Shown: in pieces, positions 1 through 9,720 of the stretch
Layout: every line of letters starts with the position of its first letter
How positions within the stretch are numbered: the first letter of the stretch is position 1
Source: Octopus bimaculoides
Lineage: Eukaryota
Assembly: GCF_001194135.2 (NCBI RefSeq)
Contig: NC_068989.1
Span: forward strand, 79,886,190 to 79,924,565
DNA length: 38,376 nucleotides
Reading direction: 5' to 3'
Translations under genes and position numbers: made by a program
The notes under the pieces: model-generated
Seen by the model: the letters and a program-made list of their open reading frames with translations, nothing else
Told to the model about the DNA's origin: nothing
Databases searched by the model: none

Positions 1-17
1 GCACATGCATACACACA

Positions 18-248
18 GGCGGCGAGCTGGCAGAAACGCTAGCACGCCGGGCGAAATCCTTAGCGGTATTTCGTCTGCCGCTACGTTCTGAGTTCAAATT
101 CCGCCGAGGTCGACTTTGCAGTTCATCCTTTCGGGATCGATTAAATAAGTACCAGTTACGCACTGGGGTCGATATAATAGACTTAATCCGTTTGTCTTTC
201 CTTGCTTGTCCTCTCTGTGTGTAGCCCCTTGTAGGTAGTAAAGAAATA
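18..248 (+). mobile_element. SINE family A, full length, with 17-bp target-site duplication
   Basis: Starts GGCGGCGAGCTGGCAGAA; B-box-like GAGTTCAAATTCC; central TTCATCCTTTCGGGATCGATTAAATAAGTACCAG; tail ...GTAAAGAAATA. GCACATGCATACACACA flanks both sides (1-17 and 249-265). Aligns with copies at 4508 and 26224. Confidence 0.92.
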
Positions 249-333
249 GCACATGCATACACACACGCACATGCATACAAACACCACCCCCCCCACTCCA
301 CTACACCCCCCACACACATATACATGTATACAA

Positions 334-589
334 TCTTTTACTTGTTTCAGTCATGTGACTGCGGCCATGCAGGAGCTCCGCCTGAAAAGCAATTTTAGTG
401 GAAGAAATCGACCTCAGGATTTATTCTTTGTAAACCTAATACTTATTCTTATCCTTCATTTTTGCTGAACCACTAGTTACGATGACATAAGCCCACCAAT
501 ATCGGTTGTCAAACGAAAAGGAGACACAAAGATACGCACACATAAATATATACACACAGGCACCCACCTTCGCATACACACCCACCCAC

Positions 590-662
<73 letters not shown>

Positions 663-792
663 CGACGAGATTCTTTTAGTTTCCGTCTACCAAATCCACT
701 CACAAGGCTTTGGTCGGCCCGAGGTGCCTTGCAAATGGACTGAACTCGGAACCGTGTGGTTGGTAAACAAGCTTTTTACTACGCAATTACGC
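334..792 (-). mobile_element. SINE family B (tRNA-derived head, internal CA/TA microsatellite, conserved tail)
   Basis: Tail TCTTTTACTTGTTTCAGTCAT..GACTGCGGCCATGC; internal (CA)n at 591-650; head TTTCCGTCTACCAAATCCACTCACAAGGCTTTGGTCGGCCCGAGG...GGACTGAAC. Homologous to the + strand copy at 22629-22963. Confidence 0.88.
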
Positions 793-831
793 TTATGTCT
801 TCCAAGCAAATTTTGTCTAACGAATTCTCTC

Positions 832-940
832 ATAGAGCATTGATCGGCGCAAGTCTATAATAGGAGACATTTACCTAGGTGCCGTAAAGTGGAATTGAAC
901 CAGAAACTACCTGGTAGCAAAGGGAGAGTTTTAACTACGT
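832..940 (-). mobile_element. Degenerate SINE B head fragment
   Basis: GACATTTACCTAGGTGCCGTAAAGTGGAATTGAACCAGAAAC resembles the reverse complement of the family B head. Confidence 0.55.
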
Positions 941-1783
941 CATCTTACCTGAAAAGGTAGGAAAACGGACGCTTAACTTGGATATATGTAGCATTTGTTG
1001 CCGCTAGCTCACTCGCCATTTTGTCTCACATGTTACAACATTTCAACGGCGTCAAAACACTTAGAGGCTGATTTTCTCATAGGACAAACATTTGTAAAAA
1101 TATTATTTGATGTATTGATACATTTTACACCTCTTTTCCAATCTTCTGTTAAGTCCAGTGGCGACGGATAAGTTTAAGGTGTGCAAACGTAAGCGACTGA
1201 AGATACGTAATCATAAACTGAATGTGGTTGGCAAAGCGATTTTGATCAAGTCATTTTTTTTATTTATCATGCCATGATAAATAGATGGGAAAAGGGGTTA
1301 TCTGTCAAAAAGTACAGAAATACGCATCAGGTAGCAATACATGAAAGGGAATTGATAGCAACAATGTATAAGTATATATGAGCCTGTGTCTGAGTGTGTG
1401 TGTATGCTTACAAAAAAAAACAATATACATACACACTCGTAGGCAGACATACAATAACACATACACACATGTCCATCTAATCACATATACATGCATATAT
1501 ACATATGTGTGTGTGTTTCTGTGAATTCACATGTATAGATATTATAATGAGCATATATGCTCCTGGGTGGGGTGTATGTGCGTCTATACATGTGCGCAAG
1601 ATTAAGCAATTGTGTATGTACGAGTGCATGAGTATATGTGAATACAATCGAGAGAATCTCTCTCTCACTCTCTTGTGTTTATATGTATATATATATAAAT
1701 AAATAAATACATAAATATAAATATATATACATATGTGCATTTATGTCTTACTGTATAATGTATATGAGTGCATATGCATGTCT

Positions 1784-1837
<54 letters not shown>

Positions 1838-1917
1838 GCGTGCGTGTAAATATGTGTGTATAACTCTCTCTTGCCCCTTACTATTTGGTTTACTCTTTCA
1901 TCTTTTCCCAACTATTT

Positions 1918-1969
1918 ATTGCTAACTACTTAGAACCGCTTCTGATTGCTAACTACATAGAAACGCTTC
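1918..1969. repeat. 27-bp tandem duplication (about 1.9 copies)
   Basis: ATTGCTAACTACTTAGAACCGCTTCTG followed by ATTGCTAACTACATAGAAACGCTTC. Confidence 0.85.
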
Positions 1970-2137
1970 ACTCAAATGCGAATCTTGTACTATTTGATTC
2001 TCTGTCTGAAGAACTCCTACTAGGAAATATAACTTGTAAAAGATTATCTAACTTGTAAAACCTTGTAATTCCTATTAGCAAATGAAACATATGTAATGCT
2101 GTTTTGAATGATACCAAAACACACACATCCACACACA

Positions 2138-2194
<57 letters not shown>

Positions 2195-2489
2195 GAATGC
2201 ACATGGCTGAATGGTTAGATTGGCCAAATTTTAGAGGAAAATTTCTAGGCGCAACCCCAGGCTTTTTTATGACAAAAGGGTGTCTTTACCCTTATATATA
2301 TACATACATACATATATATATATATATAAATGATAGGGAAATAGTTTGACGAAGTTTTATTTAACAATAAAAAATTGTAATATCTCTTCTATCGTACTAT
2401 ATATTCTTTATGTTTTGTAGAATAATATCTTAAGAAGCTCAGTTTCATGAGAACTGTATACATATACGTAGTTGTTTGTTGGACTGCTG

Positions 2490-2850
2490 CCATAAGTAGA
2501 TACCGTTTTCTTGGGTTTAGTCGAACAAATCGATCCTAGTACTTATTTTTAAACCTCTTATTCTATCGATCACATTTGCAAAAAAAACGCTAGGTTACGG
2601 GTGCCTAAACAAACCAACTCAGATTGTCAGACAGTGGTAAGAGACAAACACGAACACAGAAACGCACGCACACACATTCTTACACACAGAGACACACATA
2701 TACTACGGGTTTTTTCAGTTCCTGTTTACCAAATCCCCTCACGATGCTTTGCTGAAATTGGGGCAAGAGTAGAACGTAATGTCCCGTTACGTCACTTCAT
2801 GAAACTCCAGCCTTGTGGTTTGCCGGTAATCTACTTAACACGGAGCGACG
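2490..2850 (-). mobile_element. Degenerate SINE B
   Basis: TTTAGTCGAACAAATCGATCCTAGTACTTATT, TATTCTATCG, internal CA tract, TTTACCAAATCCCCTCAC head motif. Confidence 0.7.
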
Positions 2851-2858
2851 CTTAGATA

Positions 2859-3066
2859 TATGAGGGCTGCTGTAAAGTTCTTGGCTTTAAGAATATCACA
2901 AAAGGCTTGGTTGGAAGCACAACCCTCCGTGTCCGTTTATAAAGACTGAAGGACCGCTGCATTAAGTGTGTGAAAATGAGAGGGGAGTATGTTGAATAAA
3001 ATCGTAATTAATTGATTCCTCTGTATATTATTTCACCCAAAGCCATGAACATTTTAGCATCTCGTA
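2859..3066 (+). mobile_element. Mariner-derived MITE (208 bp) retaining the transposase C-terminal codons
   Basis: Imperfect TIRs TATGAGGGCTGCTGTAAAGTTCTTGGCTTT (2859-2888) and AAAGCCATGAACATTTTAGCATCTCGTA (3039-3066); TA on both sides (2857-58, 3067-68); 2943-2999 translates RLKDRCIKCVKMRGEYVE*, matching the mariner C-terminal RWxKCxxxxGxYxE motif. Confidence 0.88.
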
Positions 3067-3689
3067 TANNNNNNNNNNNNNNNNNNNNNNNNNNNNNNNN
3101 NNNNNNNNNNNNNNNNNNNNNNNNNNNNNNNNNNNNNNNNNNNNNNNNNNNNNNNNNNNNNNNNNNNNNNNNNNNNNNNNNNNNNNNNNNNNNNNNNNNN
3201 NNNNNNNNNNNNNNNNNNNNNNNNNNNNNNNNNNNNNNNNNNNNNNNNNNNNNNNNNNNNNNNNNNNNNNNNNNNNNNNNNNNNNNNNNNNNNNNNNNNN
3301 NNNNNNNNNNNNNNNNNNNNNNNNNNNNNNNNNNNNNNNNNNNNNNNNNNNNNNNNNNNNNNNNNNNNNNNNNNNNNNNNNNNNNNNNNNNNNNNNNNNN
3401 NNNNNNNNNNNNNNNNNNNNNNNNNNNNNNNNNNNNNNNNNNNNNNNNNNNNNNNNNNNNNNNNNNNNNNNNNNNNNNNNNNNNNNNNNNNNNNNNNNNN
3501 NNNNNNNNNNNNNNNNNNNNNNNNNNNNNNNNNNNNNNNNNNNNNNNNNNNNNNNNNNNNNNNNNNNNNNNNNNNNNNNNNNNNNNNNNNNNNNNNNNNN
3601 NNNNNNNNNNNNNNNNNNNNNNNNNNNNNNNNNNNNNNNNNNNNNNNNNNNNNNNNNNNNNNNNNNNNNNNNNNNNNNNNNNNNNNNNG

Positions 3690-3950
3690 GTAGAAGAACA
3701 TCGCAAAGCTGTGACACGAGAAGATATTGATAAATCGGGTATAGCTGATCATGTATGGAAAAATGGAAACCACCTCCCCCTGTGGGATGAAGTTAAAATA
3801 ATAGACAGGGAACAACACTGGAAAATACGAAAACTAAAAGAAGCAGCACATATGCTAGGACACAACAACCTCCTAAGCAGACCGTGTGCAGATATGAATA
3901 GCATATGGGAACCGGTATTGAGGAAGGATAGAAAAATAATAGATTTATAA
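3690..3950 (+). mobile_element. Penelope-like element, C-terminal part of GIY-YIG endonuclease (5' part lost in N gap)
   Basis: Open frame VEEHRKAV..SGIADHVWKNGNHLPLWDEVKIIDREQHWKIRKLKEAAHM..LLSRP..MNSIWEPVL* fits the PLE EN pattern EH..S.IAxH..H...W..VKI..E....R..KEA....IW.P.L. Confidence 0.82.
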
Positions 3951-3979
3951 GCCTTAAAATTCACCCCATAATTGCCTAC

Positions 3980-4052
3980 GGGCATATGGCGTAGTGGTTA
4001 AGAGCGCGGGCTACTAACCCCAAGGTCCCGAGTTCGATATACGACAGCGACC
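3980..4052 (+). other. tRNA-like (Pol III A-box/B-box) module, probably not a functional tRNA
   Basis: A box TGGCGTAGTGG (3987-3997), B box GAGTTCGAT (4030-4038), 73 nt with tRNA-like spacing; acceptor and anticodon stems pair poorly. Confidence 0.7.
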
Positions 4053-4242
4053 TAATTAATAATAGTGTGTATGCACGTATGTATGCACGTATGTATGCCG
4101 ACGAGCATTTCTGTGAATGTGTGTGTGCATGTGTGTGTTGTAGCAGGATATGTGTCGATTCGAATAAATGCTGCTGTGTAGTTCAAAACTCTGTAATTTT
4201 TGTTTTTGTGATCACGTGTATGCTGTAATCTGTGAATTTGTC

Positions 4243-4505
4243 ATGGACTGGAACAAGGAGCCAACATAAAATTTTGCGTTAAACCTAGGAATTCTGCTAC
4301 AGAGGTATTGAGCATGCTTCGGTAAGCTTACGGCGGCGAGGCAATGTGTTGCAGACAATGTTTTCAGTGGTATGGGTGCTTCAAATGCGGAAGAACGTTC
4401 CTGGAAGATGAGCGATAAATTGAAGCCCTGCTTCGAGCGGAACTCAGGAAAATTCAGCAGCTTTGCATGCGGGTGGCTGGAGGACAATCAATAATTGCTG
4501 ATGCT
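4243..4505 (+). pseudogene. Mariner transposase N-terminal HTH fragment, decayed
   Basis: 4248-4415 reads LEQGANIKFCVKPRNSATEVLSMLR*AYGGEAMCCRQCFQWYGCFKCGRTFLEDER, matching mariner EQRxxIKFCxKxxKSATETxxMLxxAYGxxAM...FxWxxRFKxGRxSxEDDER; frameshifted RTIN..AD follows; truncated at the SINE at 4508. Confidence 0.88.
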
Positions 4506-4507
4506 GA

Positions 4508-4757
4508 GGCGGTGAGCTGGCAGAAACGTTAGTACGCCGGGCGAAATGCTTAGCAGTATTTCGTCTGCCGTTATGTTTTGAGTCCAAATTCCGCCGAGGT
4601 CGACTTAGCCTTTCATCCTTTCGGGGTCGATAAATTAAGTACCAGTTACGCACTGGGGTCGATGTAATCAACTTAATCCCTTTGTCTGTCCTTGTTTTCC
4701 CCCTTTATGTCTAGCCTCTTGCCCCCTTTATGTCTAGCACCTTTATGTCTAGCCCCT
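4508..4757 (+). mobile_element. SINE A with rearranged 3' end
   Basis: Near-identical head and body to 26224-26455; CCTTTATGTCTAGC repeated three times (4702, 4725, 4740) and the normal AATAAAGAAATA tail is absent. Confidence 0.92.
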
Positions 4758-5790
4758 ATCTTAGAAGATAGACAGGAAAATACAAAATTCACATCTAGAG
4801 TAGTTAAAGTGGATGATAGTGATGGAAGTACTAAAATCACTAGTTACGATTGTGCAAGGTACAGTGTCTGTTCGCTTGAGTCTGATTGTAAGCATAAAAA
4901 TATATGCAGATTTAAGATTACCTCAGAGAATAGAGAATATTTCTTTATAGGAGCTAGCTCATGTTATATTAATCAGAAAATTGCCAATCATTTAAGATTA
5001 CCTCAGAGAATAGAGAATATTTCTTTATAGGAGCTGGCTCATGTTATATTAAGCAGAAAATTGCCAATCATTTAAGATTACCTCAGAGAATAGAGAATAT
5101 TTCTTTATAGGAGCTAGCTCATGTTATATTAAGCAGAAAATTANNNNNNNNNNNNNNNNNNNNNNNNNNNNNNNNNNNNNNNNNNNNNNNNNNNNNNNNN
5201 NNNNNNNNNNNNNNNNNNNNNNNNNNNNNNNNNNNNNNNNNNNNNNNNNNNNNNNNNNNNNNNNNNNNNNNNNNNNNNNNNNNNNNNNNNNNNNNNNNNN
5301 NNNNNNNNNNNNNNNNNNNNNNNNNNNNNNNNNNNNNNNNNNNNNNNNNNNNNNNNNNNNNNNNNNNNNNNNNNNNNNNNNNNNNNNNNNNNNNNNNNNN
5401 NNNNNNNNNNNNNNNNNNNNNNNNNNNNNNNNNNNNNNNNNGATTTAAGATTACCTCAGAGAATAGAGAATATTTCTTTATAGGAGCTAGCTCATGTTAT
5501 ATTAAGCAGAAAATTACCAATCATTTAAGTTCGTTTAAAAATAGGGACAAACTGAATATTACCAGCCTTAGTAAGATAATTTAGGCACTTAAAGATAGTG
5601 GAAAAAGTATTTTCGATTGCTTGGGAAATTAATAGTAAAGCAAAACCTTATAGAATAGACGATAATAGATGAAACTTTTGTGTAGAGGAAACGTACCAAA
5701 TTTTCTTCTATAAATATACTATTATAAACACCAGACAGAAACAGGCTATAAAATGTCCATGATGAATTAATTATACGTTTAAACGATTTA
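4758..5790 (+). mobile_element. Second Penelope-like element GIY-YIG endonuclease relic (Cys-rich type, tentatively Hydra-clade-like)
   Basis: SYDCARYSVCSLESDCKHKNICRFKITSENREYFFIGASSCYIKQKITNHLSSFKNRDKLNITSLSKII*ALKDSGK, then frameshift to FSIAWEINSKAKPYRIDDNR*NFCVEETYQIFF..INTRQ..KC(x)H. Fits CxC..C.L...C..IY...YIG...NH.SSF...T.LSK.IW.LK...I.W.I...Y..CNLC..E...CRH. Two stops and at least two frameshifts. Confidence 0.8.
4910..5527 (+). repeat. 80-bp tandem repeat spanning an N gap
   Basis: Unit ATTTAAGATTACCTCAGAGAATAGAGAATATTTCTTTATAGGAGCTAGCTCATGTTATATTAAKCAGAAAATTRCCAATC starts at 4910, 4990, 5070 and 5443. Confidence 0.93.
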
Positions 5791-6351
5791 AAGGAACATA
5801 AATCACCATCTATATCAATTATATTAGTAAATTATACTATTTGATTAAACAAGATTATGATAATGGTAGTTTTGCAAATATTACTGAAATAATTTTGTAA
5901 TAATAATAATAATGCTATTAATTGTGAGTGTAAATCCAAACATAAGTCAATTACATCTGAATAGATAATGTAGTCCATACAGTAAAATGTAAGCAAAACT
6001 TCTACACTTGAGTGTAATATGAATGAATATTTTATAAACCACGATTCAGCTGTAATAGTATTAGAGGTGATTATAAGACCAGAATTCAATTTGATTTAAA
6101 ATGTAACGCTATAACCTTCAACATAGGAAGCTTGTTTGAATTAGTTCATTTTCAAAACGTCGTGATTGATCATTGATGAAATTGCATTGACTAAGAGACA
6201 TAATTGCACACGGAGCAACGTGTAGTTGCTGCAATTGAAGCATATATTGGTCAGAGTTATATATGCCTTAGAACACTTCTTTGATGAAAATTTTGGATGT
6301 GAATAAATCTTCACTCTCCTCTTCGTTTTCAATTGTGTGCGTGCGTGTGTG

Positions 6352-6394
<43 letters not shown>

Positions 6395-6823
6395 CTTTTA
6401 CTTGTTTCACTCATTGGATTATGTCACTGTTGGAGACCCCACGTGGATAGTTTTAGTCGAACAAAGAGAACTAAGGCACTTCATTGTTCTAGGTCTCGTA
6501 CTTATTCCCTCGGTCTCTTTTGCCGAACTGTTAATGTACGGAGAGCTAAATAAACCCAAGCCAGTCGTGAACTGGTGGCAGTGGGACAAAAACAAGCACA
6601 AAGACACACACACTAACACTCACACTGACACGTACACAAAATCGCACACACATACATATACACACACACACACAAATGGTTCTTCGCCGTCTCCATCTCC
6701 GAAATTCACTCAATAGGAGATGTTTGACCTGGGATTATATTGGAAATCAATTTCCCAAGGTACTGCGCTCTGGTTCTGAGCATGAAACCACGTCATTACA
6801 AAGCGAGCTTCTTAATTAAACAA
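6395..6823 (-). mobile_element. Degenerate SINE B
   Basis: CTTTTACTTGTTTCACTCATT tail, CGGTCTCTTTTGCCGAACTG, CA tract, TTTCCCAAGGTACTGCGC head motif. Confidence 0.75.
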
Positions 6824-7350
6824 CAATATAATCGTGAAAGTACATGTCCTGATATTTGTGAAGTTGGTCTCGTGTGTTTTAGGGAGTAGGTTCGATTTCT
6901 GATCTAGTTAAAGCGTTTTGCTCTTCAGTAATGTACTTCAATTTACGCTGTGTTATTCTATTGAGGTGGTATTAGTACAAGCTGGCTGCTGGTGCAGCTT
7001 TTCCTAAGTATAGATTTCATATCGTGGGTGCCTCACTGAGATAATGACGTGGGGAAACAGAAGGTAGCTATGACTTATCGTGATTAAGTAAGAACTTTCC
7101 AGTTAGCGAAACCATAATATAAGCCAACAATTCGTCGTCAATCATTGGGTTTCGTAGTTTATAAACATATATGAGATATATTATATGTGAATGCGTGCGT
7201 ATGCTTATGTATGTATATGCATGTAGCTGTATATATGTAATGCTTATGTAAACGTATATATCAATATATACATGTATGTAAATATATCTATATATATGCA
7301 TGCATATATGTATATATAAAAAAGTGTTTATATATATGTATAGATCTGAG

Positions 7351-7382
<32 letters not shown>

Positions 7383-7629
7383 CGTATGTATGTGTATGTG
7401 ATTCATATTTATATATATATGCATATATATGTATATATGTGTCCCAAAATGTCTGCAGCCTTTTGNNNNNNNNNNNNNNNNNNNNNNNNNNNNNNNNNNN
7501 NNNNNNNNNNNNNNNNNNNNNNNNNNNNNNNNNNNNNNNNNNNNNNNNNNNNNNNNNNNNNNNNNNNNNNNNNNNNNNNNNNNNNNNNNNNNNNNNNNNN
7601 NNNNNNNNNNNNNNNNNNNNNNNNNNNNN

Positions 7630-7679
7630 ACAGAAAGTCAGACAATTAGACAGACAGGCCGACAAACACTCAGACAGAC

Positions 7680-7713
<34 letters not shown>

Positions 7714-7740
7714 ATAGATAGATGGATAGATGGATAGATG

Positions 7741-7821
<81 letters not shown>

Positions 7822-7832
7822 ATAGATAGATG

Positions 7833-7886
<54 letters not shown>

Positions 7887-7888
7887 CA
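7630..7888. repeat. (GACA)n/(GATA)n tetranucleotide array
   Basis: Directly visible, with GATG and AATA variant units. Confidence 0.95.
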
Positions 7889-8427
7889 GATATTTAGACC
7901 TTTCTTGCATTAAAACTTGTAAATAATTACAATATATTTCCATATTAGCCTTTGGCAGAAATCGTAAAAATGGTTTTATCATTAAGAAATTGGAATGAAT
8001 AGTTTCAACCGCCTTAAACTAACCAGAAATTTGCAATAACCTATTTTCTCCTTATTTCCTACAGAATTGTTTATTCTCTTTAACTGTGTGTATGCATGAA
8101 CCTCACGTATAATCGCTTGATCAACCAGTAATATCTTGATTCTGAGTGCCATGTCCTGTACTCTCTATATGTAAATATTTAGTCACTTAATAATTCCTCT
8201 CCACTTCAGTAGCCATTTGGAGGTCACATTCACCCTGTTTTGTCAAGCGTTTTTCAGAAGCCCCTTACGATAGTCTACTGCGTTGTTCGTAGAATGTTCT
8301 GTTGAGTTGATTTTCTGTGTGGTGTGAAGGAATCTAACGTTTCGGAGTGTTGTCCTTCTTCTCAACGAGGAAGATATATACATAGAAATGTGTATGTGTA
8401 GCAGTGTGTGCGCGCGCGCGTGTCTGT

Positions 8428-8541
8428 GTGGAGGCGTGTAGCTCAGTGGAGAGAATGTTTTATTCATGATTGTAAGATCGTGGTTTCAGTACCTTATGTT
8501 CTTAAGCAAAGAATTCCATTTCACGTTGCTCCAGTCAACTG
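8428..8541 (+). mobile_element. SINE family C head fragment
   Basis: GTGGAGGCGTGTAGCTCAGTGG..AAGATCGTGGTTTCAG..CATTTCACGTTGCTCCAGTCAACT; matches reverse complement of 22290-22430. Confidence 0.7.
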
Positions 8542-8860
8542 TTTTTTCTCTTCCCAATTCTATTCCTTATATCCATTTGAAGATTTTTCCCAGGCATTAA
8601 TCCATCATTCTCTATATTTATTTCTTTATTGCCCTCATCTATCGTTTGAAATTACTGATGTTCCCATCTGTATTATTTTGTTTTTTCGAGACCTAATACT
8701 CCGCAAATGTTACGGGTGCCGCGGATATACGAAGTACCTAGTCTTATCAGTGAAAGCATGAAACTAGGTATTAGTATTTTTCCGTCGATAACTGTTGAAG
8801 TATTAGGGTTCTGGTGTCTGTCCTACGTGTACGTTTTGTAGTATTTAATGCATTTTTGAT

Positions 8861-8896
<36 letters not shown>

Positions 8897-9505
8897 AAGG
8901 AAATGAAATTAAATTCACGAGACTCCTTTTTCACTACGATCATTCCGAACCATCGTGCACTGGTAACTCGCAAGTGAGATGTTATGTAAAAAAAATGTGA
9001 CGTATATTAGGTACGAATGTGTCTCCTCAGGTGATTTTTCAAAAGGTACCCGCTTTATATTCGCCGTTTCGCTTATTTGTATAACAATCCAATTTAGTAG
9101 TTTTGGTGTGCTGTGGTCTATACAAAGAGCTGACATACAATGAAGAACCCATCCCATAAAAATAGTCAAANNNNNNNNNNNNNNNNNNNNNNNNNNNNNN
9201 NNNNNNNNNNNNNNNNNNNNNNNNNNNNNNNNNNNNNNNNNNNNNNNNNNNNNNNNNNNNNNNNNNNNNNNNNNNNNNNNNNNNNNNNNNNNNNNNNNNN
9301 NNNNNNNNNNNNNNNNNNNNNNNNNNNNNNNNNNNNNNNNNNNNNNNNNNNNNNNNNNNNNNNNNNNNNNNNNNNNNNNNNNNNNNNNNNNNNNNNNNNN
9401 NNNNNNNNNNNNNNNNNNNNNNNNNNNNNNNNNNNNNNNNNNNNNNNNNNNNNNNNNNNNNNNNNNNNNNNNNNNNNNNNNNNNNNNNNNNNNNNNNNNN
9501 NNNNN

Positions 9506-9572
<67 letters not shown>

Positions 9573-9573
<1 letters not shown>

Positions 9574-9720
9574 TCCTCCACACAGTTTCCATCTACCAAA
9601 TTCACTCACTAGGCATTAAACCGCCCAATGCTATAATAGAAGGCAACTGCGCAAGGTGCTGTGCAGCGGAATTGAAACGGAAAACACAGGTTTGGGTGGG
9701 AACTTCTTAACCACACAGCA
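9573..9720 (-). mobile_element. SINE B head next to its (TG)n tract
   Basis: CAGTTTCCATCTACCAAATTCACTCAC..GCAAGGTGCTGTGCAGCGGAATTGAA..CTTCTTAACCACACAGC. Confidence 0.78.

Noticed and set aside
3008-3818. Long ORFs running through N gaps (also at 7.3, 9.0, 15.0, 20.6, 24.8 and 35.2 kb)
   Set aside because: Length comes from X codons in assembly gaps; only the 3690-3950 part has a recognisable product.
3980-4052. Functional tRNA gene (apparent anticodon ACT)
   Set aside because: Acceptor and anticodon stems do not pair properly and there is no downstream T-run terminator; kept only as a tRNA-like module.
4910-5527. Regularly spaced repeats suggesting a CRISPR array
   Set aside because: Units are head-to-tail with no unique spacers, derive from a retroelement ORF, and the DNA is eukaryotic.
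9010-9060. Minus-strand KNHLRRHIRT resembling a C2H2 zinc-finger helix
   Set aside because: No upstream CxxC, flanked by stops, second His missing; likely chance.
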